Virus record (IMG/VR): IMGVR_UViG_3300031248_000010
Span: 1 to 26,658 of that record
Strand: one strand, 5' to 3'
DNA: 26,658 nucleotides
Source of the DNA: a virus
Taxonomy: Duplodnaviria > Caudoviricetes
Shown: one piece after another, positions 15,630-25,781 of the stretch
How the letters are laid out: every line of letters begins with the position of its first letter
Position numbering within the stretch: position 1 is the first letter of the stretch
The notes under the pieces: model-generated
Told to the model about the DNA's origin: nothing
Databases searched by the model: none
The model's input: only the letters and a program-made list of their open reading frames with translations
Translations under genes and position numbers: made by a program

Positions 15630-17222
15630 GTGCGGGCGTCGTTCCCGACCTTCTTCCAGATCTGGGCCGACCGAAAGGGCTGGAAGGTCCCGGATTTCCA
15701 CTTCCTGATCGCGGACTGGATGGAGCAGCGCCGCCACAGCAAGAAGCGTGTCGGTGTGCTCCGCGTGTTCCGGGGCGCCGCCAAATCGACGCTGGCCGCC
15801 ATCAACGAGGCCCACGAGTTCTACTGCGACGCGCGGCACCGCGTGCTGATCCAGTCCTCGGACGACAAGACGGCGCGCAAGATGTCGCGCGACTGCAAGC
15901 ATGTCCTGCGCCGGCATCCGCTTTGCGATGGCCTGCTCCCAGACCGCGACGTATCCGGCGACCAATTCTGGGTGCTCGGCCACGATGACCCGCGCAATCC
16001 GTCCATGAACGCCCAAGGCGTCATGTCGAACGTCACTTCGAGCCGCGCCAACAAGGTGCTGTTCGATGACGTGGAAGTGCCGAAGAACATCGTGACCAAA
16101 GAGGCGCGCGAATCGCTGCGCGCCCGCATCGGCGACGCCACGCACATCCTGGTGCCGACCGGGCGCAAGGAATACATCGGCACGCCGCACACGCACGACT
16201 CCCTTTACGACGAGCTGGAGCGGGATGGCGCGGACTGCCTGACGATCCAACTTTTCGCGCACAACCATCGTGAGGAGAAGGCCTCGCAGCTCACGAAACT
16301 GGCGATCCCCTGGGCGATCGAGCCGGCTGACCTGTACGTGTTCAACGGCAAACTGTTGCTGGACGTGCACGCCTACGCCATCAAGGGCGATCACCTCGAG
16401 TTCAAGGAGCCGCAGACCGGCATCGTGGACGTGTACGGCGGCAACGTGTGGCCGGCGCGCTTTGACCGCGAGGAGGTCGCCTTCCGCCGCGCCGAGTGCC
16501 GGACGCAAAACGAGTGGGACTCGCAATACCTGCTCCGCTCCAGGCCGCTGCACGAAGTCCGCCTGAACCCGGACCGCATCACCATCTACGATGAGGAGCC
16601 GGAGTTCGGGACCGCGAACGGCGTGCCGACCTGCCGCATCGGCGCGCACCGGATCGTGGGCGTGCGCTGTTACTGGGACGTGGCGCTCGGCAAGGTGAGG
16701 GGAGACATTTCATCGTGCTCCGTGGTATTCGAATCCGATCACGGCCACCTGTTCTGGCATCGCTGTCGTGGCCTGTACGGCGAACTGGACGATCAGTGCA
16801 CCGAGCTGCGCGACCTGGTGCAGCCGCTGCGAGTGCCGCGCGTGACCGTCGAAACCAACGGCGTCGGCGGCTTCGTCCCGGCCGTGCTCAAGAAAGTGCT
16901 GAACGGGATCAGTGCGGTACGCGAGAACAACGTGTCCGAGAACAAGGTGGTGCGCATCGCCAGGGCGATCGAGCCGCCGCTATCTGGTGCCATGCTGCAC
17001 GCTCATCGTTCGGTCAAGGACTCCGGCGCTTTCCAGCAGATGCGCGACTGGCATCCGCTCGCCGACGGCGTGGACGACCATCTGGATTCCTTCGCCGGAG
17101 CCATCCTGGAGCGACCTGCTAGGATTCCTCGGGAGGGCGAGCCGGTGGCTGGTGGGCCGGGTCCGTGGCACGCTCACGGATCGAGTTACGATGTCGGCCT
17201 AGATTTTAGGGGACGAACATGA
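15630..17222 (+). CDS. terL: Terminase large subunit
   Basis: Walker A-like FRGAAKST, Walker B VLFDDVE, coupling motif IGTP, nuclease motifs YWDVALG, VETNG and DDHLDS. Confidence 0.93.
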   Translation: MRASFPTFFQIWADRKGWKVPDFHFLIADWMEQRRHSKKRVGVLRVFRGAAKSTLAAINEAHEFYCDARHRVLIQSSDDKTARKMSRDCKHVLRRHPLCDGLLPDRDVSGDQFWVLGHDDPRNPSMNAQGVMSNVTSSRANKVLFDDVEVPKNIVTKEARESLRARIGDATHILVPTGRKEYIGTPHTHDSLYDELERDGADCLTIQLFAHNHREEKASQLTKLAIPWAIEPADLYVFNGKLLLDVHAYAIKGDHLEFKEPQTGIVDVYGGNVWPARFDREEVAFRRAECRTQNEWDSQYLLRSRPLHEVRLNPDRITIYDEEPEFGTANGVPTCRIGAHRIVGVRCYWDVALGKVRGDISSCSVVFESDHGHLFWHRCRGLYGELDDQCTELRDLVQPLRVPRVTVETNGVGGFVPAVLKKVLNGISAVRENNVSENKVVRIARAIEPPLSGAMLHAHRSVKDSGAFQQMRDWHPLADGVDDHLDSFAGAILERPARIPREGEPVAGGPGPWHAHGSSYDVGLDFRGRT

Positions 17223-19450
17223 CCGTTTCAGCGGCGCCTAACTTTAATCTCTCAACCGGCAACGGCGTCACGACCGTTTTCTCCTTCGGGTTCGGCATCC
17301 TCGACGCCAGCCACCTCAAGGTCTATTTGGCGGGCGTACTCCAAAGCGCCGGATACACGGTCGCCGGAGTCGGTGCCACCAGCGGCGGTACTGTGGCCTT
17401 CACGGTCGCCCCCGCGAATGGTGTCGCAGTCCTTTTGAAGCGAAGCGTCCCTCGCACGCGCACGACGGATTTCATCACCGACGGTGACTTCACCGCTGAC
17501 GATATCGACAACGATCAGGACCTGCAAACGATGCTGATTCAGGACGCATCGGCTAACGCAGATCGCGCTATCAAGGTGCCGGAGAGTGGGGAGCTTTTGG
17601 ATTTACCTGTCGCGGCTACACGAGCCAATAAGGCGTTGTTGTTCGACGCTACTGGGGCACCCACCGTCGGTTCCGGGATCATCTTTTCCGGCGCCGGCAC
17701 CATCGCGGTAACGAATGTCGCGGCGCTGAAAGCGCTGTTGGTCGCCAATCTCAGCGACGGGCAAATTGTCAGCACGCTCGGCTACAACACGGCCGCCATC
17801 GGCGGCGGCGCCCGCTATCGCTGGGATGCGGCGCTCGCGGCCGCGCCGGACGACGTTTATTATTTTCAGCTCAACGCCGGTGGCGTTGGCCGCTTCGTGC
17901 TGCTCCATAGCGGCACCATCACGCTCAAGCAAGGCGGTTGCAAAGGTGACGATGCCACAGACGATGCGGCCAGGTACGCCGCCGTGCTCGCAGCGGCCCC
18001 CGCCTACAGCGTCATTGACGCCACCGATGGCACCTACCGATTGACGGCAGGCGCGCGCATTGCGAACGTCGGCGTGAAAATGCGCGGCGGCAAGTTCAGG
18101 CTGGACAACGACGGTCAGCAATTTTTGTTCGTGGTCGTTCCGAGCGATTACTGCACGTTCGAAAAATGTCGCTTTACCGGTAGCGGCGTCACCGGCACCG
18201 CACCGACGCCGAAGTATCAGGGCGGAATTCACGGCGGAAACTCTGACCATCCGGCACCGCTTAACGTCACGCCAGCCAACGGCGTTACCGTCAAGGACTG
18301 CATCTTCGAAAACCTTACCGTCGGCATCTGGTCAGGCGGCGCAGCAGCGCAAGCCGTTCCGGTCGGCTGGTCCGTAGTGGACAACCAGTTCACCAACATC
18401 GTTGGCTTCGCCGGACAATCGGAGGGCTACGGCACGCTGTTCACGCCATGCAGCCGCAGCGTGATTCGTGGCAACAAATACAAGACGATCAGGCGTCACG
18501 CAATCTACCTGGCCTCGGAGTCGAGTTTCAACGGCGTGGACGGCAACGTCATCGACGGCGTGGACAACATCGCCATCCAATCGAATACTGGAGTTGCGCA
18601 GAACTACGCGGACCAGAACAGCTATACCAACAACATCATCCGTGGTTTCACTCGCAGCATCGCCTACGGCTATCGTTCGTCTGTGGGCATCGGCCTCTAC
18701 GGCAAGCACAGCAACAGTCTGGTCCAAAACAACTCAATCTTTGGCGCGCTCGATACCGGCATCGACTGCGCCGGGGAACTGGCCGGCAGCAACTACGCCG
18801 AATACATGGACGTGCTCGGCAACAAGATCATCATGGATGCGACGGCCACCGACGGGGCAATCAGGGCTGATGGGCTGTTCAGCGGGAAGATCAGCGGGAA
18901 CAAGGCGGTCCTGCAAAGCAACATCTATGGCGTGATCGTCACGTCCACGAATAGCGTCTCAACCAAGCTGCTAGATGTTTCCGGTAACACCTTCGACACG
19001 ACGGCGCCGGCAGCGATCGCGTTCAGGCTGGCGCTCGTGGCGTCGCGGACGATCCACATTTACCGCAACAAACTGAATGGCTTTGCCGCCGGCTACAGCA
19101 ATCGGCTGACAGACACGAGCACGGCCGGAATCAGAAAAACCGATTTGAATGACGACGCCGGCTTCTATGGCGCCGACGCGGATGTGACGCACAACGCCCA
19201 AGGCACCATTGCTCAGACGGATTGCCCGAAGATCCGGCACGCTGCGGTGCTCACGGCGGCGCGATTAGTTACTCTGGCGAACACCAACGTTCCGCACGGA
19301 GCCGAAGTCACGATCATGCGGACTGGCGCCGGAGCATTCAGCCTAAACGTATCGGATGGCGGCACCATCAAGGGCTTAGCCACGGGACAATGGGGTCGCT
19401 TCGTTTGGAATGGCGGCGGGTGGGAATTGGGCGGCTTCGGGTCGCTATGA
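17219..19450 (+). CDS. Tailspike / depolymerase: T7 gp17-type N-terminal anchor, parallel beta-helix, C-terminal beta domain
   Basis: GNGVTTVFSFGF...LKVY...YTV..GG.V.F..AP...LLKR anchor; TLGY...GGGA.Y.WD domain; GCKGDDATDDA helix cap; many (I/V)xxN repeats. Confidence 0.88.
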   Translation: MTVSAAPNFNLSTGNGVTTVFSFGFGILDASHLKVYLAGVLQSAGYTVAGVGATSGGTVAFTVAPANGVAVLLKRSVPRTRTTDFITDGDFTADDIDNDQDLQTMLIQDASANADRAIKVPESGELLDLPVAATRANKALLFDATGAPTVGSGIIFSGAGTIAVTNVAALKALLVANLSDGQIVSTLGYNTAAIGGGARYRWDAALAAAPDDVYYFQLNAGGVGRFVLLHSGTITLKQGGCKGDDATDDAARYAAVLAAAPAYSVIDATDGTYRLTAGARIANVGVKMRGGKFRLDNDGQQFLFVVVPSDYCTFEKCRFTGSGVTGTAPTPKYQGGIHGGNSDHPAPLNVTPANGVTVKDCIFENLTVGIWSGGAAAQAVPVGWSVVDNQFTNIVGFAGQSEGYGTLFTPCSRSVIRGNKYKTIRRHAIYLASESSFNGVDGNVIDGVDNIAIQSNTGVAQNYADQNSYTNNIIRGFTRSIAYGYRSSVGIGLYGKHSNSLVQNNSIFGALDTGIDCAGELAGSNYAEYMDVLGNKIIMDATATDGAIRADGLFSGKISGNKAVLQSNIYGVIVTSTNSVSTKLLDVSGNTFDTTAPAAIAFRLALVASRTIHIYRNKLNGFAAGYSNRLTDTSTAGIRKTDLNDDAGFYGADADVTHNAQGTIAQTDCPKIRHAAVLTAARLVTLANTNVPHGAEVTIMRTGAGAFSLNVSDGGTIKGLATGQWGRFVWNGGGWELGGFGSL

Positions 19451-19866
19451 TGCTTGAGGAAATCGTAAAACAGCTTCGCCGGGACGAGGGCGTATCACTG
19501 AAACCCTACAAGGATTCCGTCGGGAAGCTCACGATCGGCATTGGTCGGAACCTGGACGACGTAGGAATCAGCAACGTCGAGGCAGACCTGTTCCTCAAGA
19601 ACGACATCAACCGGACGATGGCGGCGCTGGACAAGGATCTGCCGTGGTGGCTGTCGATTGACGAAGCCAGGCGCGGCGTGCTCCTCAACATGGCCTTCAA
19701 CATCGGCGTCACCAGGCTGCTCGGCTTCCACGACACGCTCAACCTCGTGCGCCTCGGCCGCTACGTCGAGGCGGGCGACGAAATGCTGAATTCGACATGG
19801 GCCAAGCAGGTCGGGCCGCGCGCCACCAGGCTCTCGCAGCAGATGAAGTCGGGGACGTGGCAATGA
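19447..19866 (+). CDS. Endolysin, phage lysozyme (GH24, T4 lysozyme-like)
   Basis: Catalytic E-x8-D-x5-T in DEGVSLKPYKDSVGKLTIGIGRNL; LLNMAFNIG; STWAKQVGPRA. ATGA overlap with the tailspike gene. Confidence 0.95.
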   Translation: MMLEEIVKQLRRDEGVSLKPYKDSVGKLTIGIGRNLDDVGISNVEADLFLKNDINRTMAALDKDLPWWLSIDEARRGVLLNMAFNIGVTRLLGFHDTLNLVRLGRYVEAGDEMLNSTWAKQVGPRATRLSQQMKSGTWQ

Positions 19867-20165
19867 CCGAAGAACACAAAGAACAGACCCGGAGGGTGAT
19901 GGACACCGTGCGCCACATTGTGGAGTTGATAAGCCCGTTCCTGTTGCTCATCATCCTCTACTTCGTGAAGCCGATCTTCGACGCCGTGCCGGTCGTTGCT
20001 CGGCAGCAGGAAGTCATGGCGATCCAGCAGCAGAACATCGCCAACAACGTCTCGCAGATCAACGCGAAACAGGAGCGGCTAGACGCGCAGCTCATCGGCG
20101 TGCAGACCCGCGTCGAAGTGCTGGCAGACAAGACCGCGCGCATCGAGCGCAAACTCGGGGAGTGA
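19863..20165 (+). CDS. Single-TM coiled-coil lysis-cassette protein (holin/antiholin candidate)
   Basis: One hydrophobic helix (LISPFLLLIILYFV) followed by a heptad coiled coil. ATGA overlap with the endolysin. Confidence 0.6.
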   Translation: MTEEHKEQTRRVMDTVRHIVELISPFLLLIILYFVKPIFDAVPVVARQQEVMAIQQQNIANNVSQINAKQERLDAQLIGVQTRVEVLADKTARIERKLGE

Positions 20166-20169
20166 CTAG

Positions 20170-20454
20170 GTGATCGCGCTGCTGCGGAAGTTGGACGCGG
20201 ACCTGCTGCGCGACTTCAAGACCGGCTCATACAACATCCACAAGATCGGCAACGTGGTCGTCGTGTTCACCTGGACGCTCTACATGGTGACGGTCCACCC
20301 CGACGACGTGCTGATGTGGACGACCTACGCGGGCGTGCTCATGGGCGCCAGCGCGTTGCAGTACGGCCAGAAGCGCGCCAACGACCGCAAGGACGTTCAG
20401 GGCGTGCCGGCGGGTCCGACCGTCCAGGGCGGCGACATCACGGTGAAGGCATGA
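20170..20454 (+). CDS. Putative two-TM holin
   Basis: Two hydrophobic segments (IGNVVVVFTWTLYMV; LMWTTYAGVLMGASAL) and a charged C-terminus, between endolysin and spanin. Confidence 0.6.
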   Translation: MIALLRKLDADLLRDFKTGSYNIHKIGNVVVVFTWTLYMVTVHPDDVLMWTTYAGVLMGASALQYGQKRANDRKDVQGVPAGPTVQGGDITVKA

Positions 20455-20852
20455 ACCTGACCGAGATTCTGGCGATCGCGCTGGCGCTGTGCATCGGCGG
20501 CGGCGCTATCCTCTGGAACCGCTACGAGGCTGCCAGCGCACGCGCTGACAAGGCCGAGGCGCAGCTTGCAACCCACGCGAACAACGACCAGGTGGTGACC
20601 AAATATGTCGAGAAAATCGTGTCTGTTCCGGGTCCTGTTGTCGTGCGCGATCGCCTCGTGCGCGGCCTGTGCGTCGTCCCCCGCGTGCCAGGTCAGCCCG
20701 GTGCTGATGGAACCCACGCCGCCGACGCCCTACCTGGACTGCCTGACGGCGCCGGAGACTTCCAGCGTGGACTGTCGGACGATCTCAGGACGGCCGCCAT
20801 CGCCAAACACAAGCTCGACGCCATCCAGGCCGAACTGAAACCGCAGCTCTAG
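20451..20852 (+). CDS. Inner-membrane spanin (Rz-like)
   Basis: N-terminal TM helix, helical periplasmic part with VVTKYVEKIV, and an embedded lipoprotein ORF. Confidence 0.75.
   Translation: MNLTEILAIALALCIGGGAILWNRYEAASARADKAEAQLATHANNDQVVTKYVEKIVSVPGPVVVRDRLVRGLCVVPRVPGQPGADGTHAADALPGLPDGAGDFQRGLSDDLRTAAIAKHKLDAIQAELKPQL
20605..20838 (+). CDS. Outer-membrane spanin lipoprotein (Rz1-like), embedded in the +1 frame
   Basis: Basic N-terminus, hydrophobic stretch, lipobox-like IASC/AAC, Pro-rich mature part with Cys; fully nested in Rz. Confidence 0.72.
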   Translation: MSRKSCLFRVLLSCAIASCAACASSPACQVSPVLMEPTPPTPYLDCLTAPETSSVDCRTISGRPPSPNTSSTPSRPN

Positions 20853-21295
20853 CCGTCCTCGCCGGGTTCACGCATCGGGCTACCCCCCCCCTCCTGCGCC
20901 AAAGCCAAACGCATCGGCCGTTCGACCGTGTAGTAGAACTGCGTGTTGCCGGCGAACGTATCGGGCGCCACGTGCTCAGGGTTAATGCAGCGCTTTGTGG
21001 AGCACTGGTGCGCTGCGGCTTCGACCGTCTCGAGCGGGATCCCGAAGAACTCCAGCAGGACCAGCCGGTGCACGAGCACGTTGCGCGGCTGCTTTCCGAT
21101 GAACTCGCCGTCCCGCCAGACCGGCCGGCGAATCCCCATCTGGGCGTAGCCTCTGCCGTTCAGCCCGCCCTGCCAGATCCAGCACCAGGACCGCATGCCG
21201 GTCCACGGCGGCGCTGGCTCACGCTTGATGTTGGCCAGGATCCGGTGGCGCAGGCTCGGATACGGGCGAGGCGGCGACTTCTTGGCTGCCGGCAT
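20849..21295 (-). CDS. HNH endonuclease
   Basis: CWIWQGGLNGRGYA...VHRLV...AAHQCSTKRCINPEHV...N. GAGGGG RBS upstream. Confidence 0.85.
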   Translation of the reverse strand: MPAAKKSPPRPYPSLRHRILANIKREPAPPWTGMRSWCWIWQGGLNGRGYAQMGIRRPVWRDGEFIGKQPRNVLVHRLVLLEFFGIPLETVEAAAHQCSTKRCINPEHVAPDTFAGNTQFYYTVERPMRLALAQEGGGSPMREPGEDG

Positions 21296-21626
21296 TTACC
21301 TTCCCCTCGGTAGGTGGCTGCATCGCGGCCTCTTGGCGCTTGGCCATTGCGAGCAACTGGCGCAGCTCGAAACGCTCGTGCTGCGGCAGGAGCTGCGCGT
21401 TGCCGCCGCATTTGTGGATCAGGTGCATCAGCCGCGTCGGGATCAGCATGCCGGTCGGCTCGGCCTCGGCCGGGTCCAGCAGCAGCATGCCGCCGCAGAA
21501 CACCTTTTGGTCCGGCTCCTCGTTCTTCGCCAGTCGCGTGAAGTGCTCGGACAGCGCCACGAAAGCCGCTTCCGTCGTCTCGGCACGCAGGTTGATCTGG
21601 GCGCGCATCGTGAATACGCCGCTCAT
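21219..21626 (-). CDS. Hypothetical protein
   Basis: ATG at 21626 overlaps the upstream TGA. The 3' end overlaps the HNH start by 77 bp, so the end is less certain. Confidence 0.55.
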   Translation of the reverse strand: MSGVFTMRAQINLRAETTEAAFVALSEHFTRLAKNEEPDQKVFCGGMLLLDPAEAEPTGMLIPTRLMHLIHKCGGNAQLLPQHERFELRQLLAMAKRQEAAMQPPTEGKVNAGSQEVAASPVSEPAPPDPGQHQA

Positions 21627-22060
21627 TGAGGACTCACGATGCGCTTGATGCGCCACGCGAACGGAAGCGGCTTTGGCAGCACCCAGAGGTGGCGCATGTT
21701 GGCGACGTTCACAGCGTCGTCCAGGGCCGGGTATACCTCGACGGCATCCGACAGACCGAAACCGCACTCCGTCTTGATCTGCATTAATTCTTCCCAACTC
21801 ATCACGTCGCTGTAGTTGCCGTCGTCCAAAATACGGCACCGACAGGCCGACAGCCGAATGATGCCACGCTGGTCAGGCTCGTAGATTTGTACGAAAAAGT
21901 CCTTCGATCTGCGCACATCGACCGGCCAGATCGCGCCGGGCGGCATCGGCGGCCACTCATCCTTCGGCACGACCGACAGGTGATGAGTCCAGCCGGAGCG
22001 CATTTCCTCGAGTTGCTGGCGGGCCTGCCTGACATCGGTGTGGGACATGGCGCGCATCAT
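21623..22060 (-). CDS. Conserved phage protein (DUF7694-like)
   Basis: SWEELMQIK..CGFG..DAVEVYP...VNVANMRHLW motif; ATGA coupling at 22057-22060. Family name recalled, not searched. Confidence 0.75.
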   Translation of the reverse strand: MMRAMSHTDVRQARQQLEEMRSGWTHHLSVVPKDEWPPMPPGAIWPVDVRRSKDFFVQIYEPDQRGIIRLSACRCRILDDGNYSDVMSWEELMQIKTECGFGLSDAVEVYPALDDAVNVANMRHLWVLPKPLPFAWRIKRIVSPQ

Positions 22061-22245
22061 GGCGCACCGGCGGCGAGACGCGCTTCGTCGTAGCGCCGGT
22101 CCAATTCGACGATCTTCTTCCTCGTCCGGCTGTCTTTGCCACGCGCGAGGTCGCCGCCGCCGCTGGCGATTTCGCGGAACACACCCCAGATCGCTTCCTT
22201 TTCCTTCTGGAAGAAGGCCTCCTGCCAATCTTGGGTGGGCATCAT
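22057..22245 (-). CDS. Small hypothetical protein (62 aa)
   Basis: GAGGAGG RBS and ATGA overlaps at both ends. Confidence 0.65.
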   Translation of the reverse strand: MMPTQDWQEAFFQKEKEAIWGVFREIASGGGDLARGKDSRTRKKIVELDRRYDEARLAAGAP

Positions 22246-23161
22246 GCCTCCTCGTCGGCTTTCTTGGCGTCGGCCCGGAGGCTGTCGATGCCGACCTGCC
22301 CGACAATTTTCTTCTCCAGGCCGCTCAAGTCGTTCCAGTCGGCGTCGAGGCTGGCCGTACCGTGCGATGCGGCCAGGCGGAGCTGCTTGAGCAGGGTTTC
22401 CTTGTCCGGCGAAGGCGGCGCTTTGGCCTCGCCGCCGCGCGCCCAGGCCGCCAGCGCAGCGCCGGTGGCGCGCGTAATCGGCTTGTCGAGCGGCACCATC
22501 GGCCGGTGCTGCGCTTGGAGCTTGATCGGTTTCGGGATGCCAGGCGCGTCCGCCGTCAGCAGGAACGAGGCGGTCAATTCGAACGGCAGGTTCTTCTCGC
22601 ACACCGGCATCCAGCCGTGCAGCCCGGTCGGCGACTTCTTCGGCACGACCTCCATTTTTCCTACCGAGTTTCTGACCATTTCGATCTTCTCCTCGGCGCG
22701 GAAGCAGAGGATGACGTGGGCGCGCACCTGGAGCAGCTTCTGCACCATTTGCTTGTGCGCCATCTTCGGCTTGATCCACGACGCCATCTTCGCCGCGTCG
22801 CGGGCGCCCATGCGCTGAAACTCGTCCTCCTGCCAATCGAGCACGCCACCGTCGCCGGCCCAGACGTGACTCGTGGAATCCACGACCACGACGCTGTAGC
22901 CGGCCTTATCGGCTGCCTCGATCGCGTCGATGTAGGCGTCCGGTCTGAACGGCGGCTTGAGGTCGCCGTGGTCGAACCGGAACTGGTCGGCGTAGTGCTT
23001 TGCGCGCCCCGTCTCCGTGTCGATGACCGCGAAGGGCTTGTCGCCGGCCAGCCCGGTCGCCAGCTCCATCGCGGAGAAGGTCTTGCCGCTGCCGGTCCCT
23101 CCGACCATGCCGAGCAGCAGCGCGATCTGTTCGCGCTTCGCTGGTTTGAAGGCGAAGGCTG

Positions 23162-23165
<4 letters not shown>
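22242..23165 (-). CDS. AAA_24 / Sak4-like ATPase (RecA-fold recombination protein)
   Basis: Walker A GGTGSGKT, VIDTE, Walker B VVVVDSTSHVW. GTG 23165 overlaps the upstream TGA and has GGAG 5 nt upstream. Confidence 0.85.
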
Positions 23166-24103
<938 letters not shown>

Positions 24104-24128
24104 GATTGTTTCTCCGTTGGTAGATAGT

Positions 24129-25070
24129 TCAGACGTTCGCGTACTTGGCGTCTATTTCAGGATTCAGCGTCTCGTCCGACATCGAACGCTCGGCCCACTG
24201 GCTCAATACCCACGGCGGCGGTTCGGCGACGTGCGGCTGGTCGCTGTAGCCAGGCCAGCGGTCGGTCTTGAGGCAGGACGCGAACTTGTCCGAGGCGATG
24301 TGAAGCTGCTCCGCGCCCATCGCACGGCCAGCCTCGGAAAGCAGGATCGGCGGCGACACGGCGAACGGCTCGGAAGTCTCGGCGAACAGGAAACCGAACT
24401 CGCGCCGGCCGATGCCTTCCGGATCCAGCGCGTCGCAGCCCTCGCTGTAGTGCACAGCCTGGATGTGGTACATGGCGTCGTAGACGCGCTTGCTGCACGC
24501 GGCCGGGTGCACGCTCGTCGCGGTGCTCTTTACGTCGCACAAGCGGCGCAGGTCCGGCGTGGCAATGTCCGGCATCGCCTTGCGCCAGACGCCATTCTTG
24601 CCCTGCCACAGGATCACGACCTCGCGCAGGCAATCGGCGATCGCGGCGCCCATGAAGTTTTCCACGGCATTGCGCATCGGCTCGGCCAAGCCCTCGGCCC
24701 GCTCGTAATCGCAGCGCAGCACCGGGATCCGGTTGCGCGATTCGGAGTCGATGCGCGCGGCCTGCGCGTCCTTGGTCCGGAAGTCTTTGAACTCGAGGAT
24801 GTCGATGGGTTGGCCGGCGTCGAGCACGAGCCGATGCGCGACCTGTCCGATCTCCATGCGCCGCTCGCTGTCTTGCGAACGCCAGTTTGGATTGAGCTTC
24901 GGATGCATGGTCCAGGCATGCAGCGGCGAGGTGGTCAGCAGCGCGCGCGCTAGGCTGTTCGAGAACTCAGGACCCACGGCTGGACCCTTGTGGTAGACCT
25001 CGGCCGGCATCCGGTACAGCCCAGGCTTGTCGATTGGCCCGGTGTAGTCGCTCACCTTAAGCATGTCCAC
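24129..25070 (-). CDS. RecE / exonuclease VIII-like PD-(D/E)XK nuclease
   Basis: YH...FSNS...SP.HAW, GQVAHRLVL, KAMPD...DVKST, YHIQAVHY. GAGGAGGAG RBS favours GTG 25070 or ATG 25064. Confidence 0.88.
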   Translation of the reverse strand: MDMLKVSDYTGPIDKPGLYRMPAEVYHKGPAVGPEFSNSLARALLTTSPLHAWTMHPKLNPNWRSQDSERRMEIGQVAHRLVLDAGQPIDILEFKDFRTKDAQAARIDSESRNRIPVLRCDYERAEGLAEPMRNAVENFMGAAIADCLREVVILWQGKNGVWRKAMPDIATPDLRRLCDVKSTATSVHPAACSKRVYDAMYHIQAVHYSEGCDALDPEGIGRREFGFLFAETSEPFAVSPPILLSEAGRAMGAEQLHIASDKFASCLKTDRWPGYSDQPHVAEPPPWVLSQWAERSMSDETLNPEIDAKYANV

Positions 25071-25266
25071 AAATCTCCTCCTCGTGTCGAATCGCATCTA
25101 GCCCACAGGGGCCGGCTCGCATTTCCGTGCAGCGTTGATTGCTGCCGTGGACCGGATCAGCCAGCGCGCAGTTGATTGGGTTGGCGCACAGCGCGTATTG
25201 CGCTTCCGGGTAGGCGCCTGGCCGGTGCCATTTGCAGGTCGCGCAGAGCTTTGGCAGGTCAGCCAC
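25057..25266 (-). CDS. Small Cys-rich, probably zinc-binding protein
   Basis: CATC plus five further Cys in 69 aa; overlaps both neighbours in operon fashion. Confidence 0.65.
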   Translation of the reverse strand: MADLPKLCATCKWHRPGAYPEAQYALCANPINCALADPVHGSNQRCTEMRAGPCGLDAIRHEEEICGHA

Positions 25267-25519
25267 GCTGCTTCTCCCAGAATTTTTGGATCAGATACCT
25301 GACCTCGGTCGCGGTCATCGGCGCGGCCGTCAACGGGAGCGATCCATCGGCGATCTGCGGACCGACGACCGGCCCGTACACCTTCGAATAGAAGCGCGCC
25401 AAGTTCTCCGCGTTGCACATCGCGCGGTCGCGCTCCTGCTGTGCAGCCAAACGACCTAGGAAATTCGCCGTGATGCCGGCGCGCGGCCATGCCAGGTCCA
25501 TGATTTCTTCAACGAACAC
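25259..25519 (-). CDS. Hypothetical protein
   Basis: Fills the operon gap with short overlaps; GGAGG upstream of the GTG. Confidence 0.55.
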   Translation of the reverse strand: MFVEEIMDLAWPRAGITANFLGRLAAQQERDRAMCNAENLARFYSKVYGPVVGPQIADGSLPLTAAPMTATEVRYLIQKFWEKQRG

Positions 25520-25781
25520 GGCGGGCCTCCAGCATGGCGTCCGCGTATTCGAGCGCCCACCCGGCGACCACCTCGGGCTTTTCCCGCTGTCGCGCCCACG
25601 TTTGCATGCCGATGTTGAAAGCGGCCTCTCCGGCGATCAGGCCTTGAAGGGCCGCCATAGCAAACCCGTCGCGCAACTCCTTCCGCTTCGTGAGCAGGTC
25701 AACAACCATGCTGTTGCTGAATCCGTTGTCGAGCAGCAGCTTGCGTGCGCGCTCGAAGTCCTCAGTCGATTTGTTGGTCAT
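25509..25781 (-). CDS. Conserved small phage protein (LRDxFA...ADAML family)
   Basis: LRDGFAMAALQGLIA...ALEYADAMLEAR motif, common in phage early regions. Confidence 0.8.
   Translation of the reverse strand: MTNKSTEDFERARKLLLDNGFSNSMVVDLLTKRKELRDGFAMAALQGLIAGEAAFNIGMQTWARQREKPEVVAGWALEYADAMLEARRVR

Noticed and set aside
8805-16649. Long antisense ORFs (8805-10646, 10952-12241, 15531-16649 and others)
   Set aside because: Shadow frames of high-GC coding genes; no motifs or RBS, and fully opposite well-supported genes.
17219-20852. Diversity-generating retroelement as in BPP-1
   Set aside because: No reverse transcriptase and no TR/VR pair differing at adenines seen; the receptor-binding protein is a beta-helix spike.
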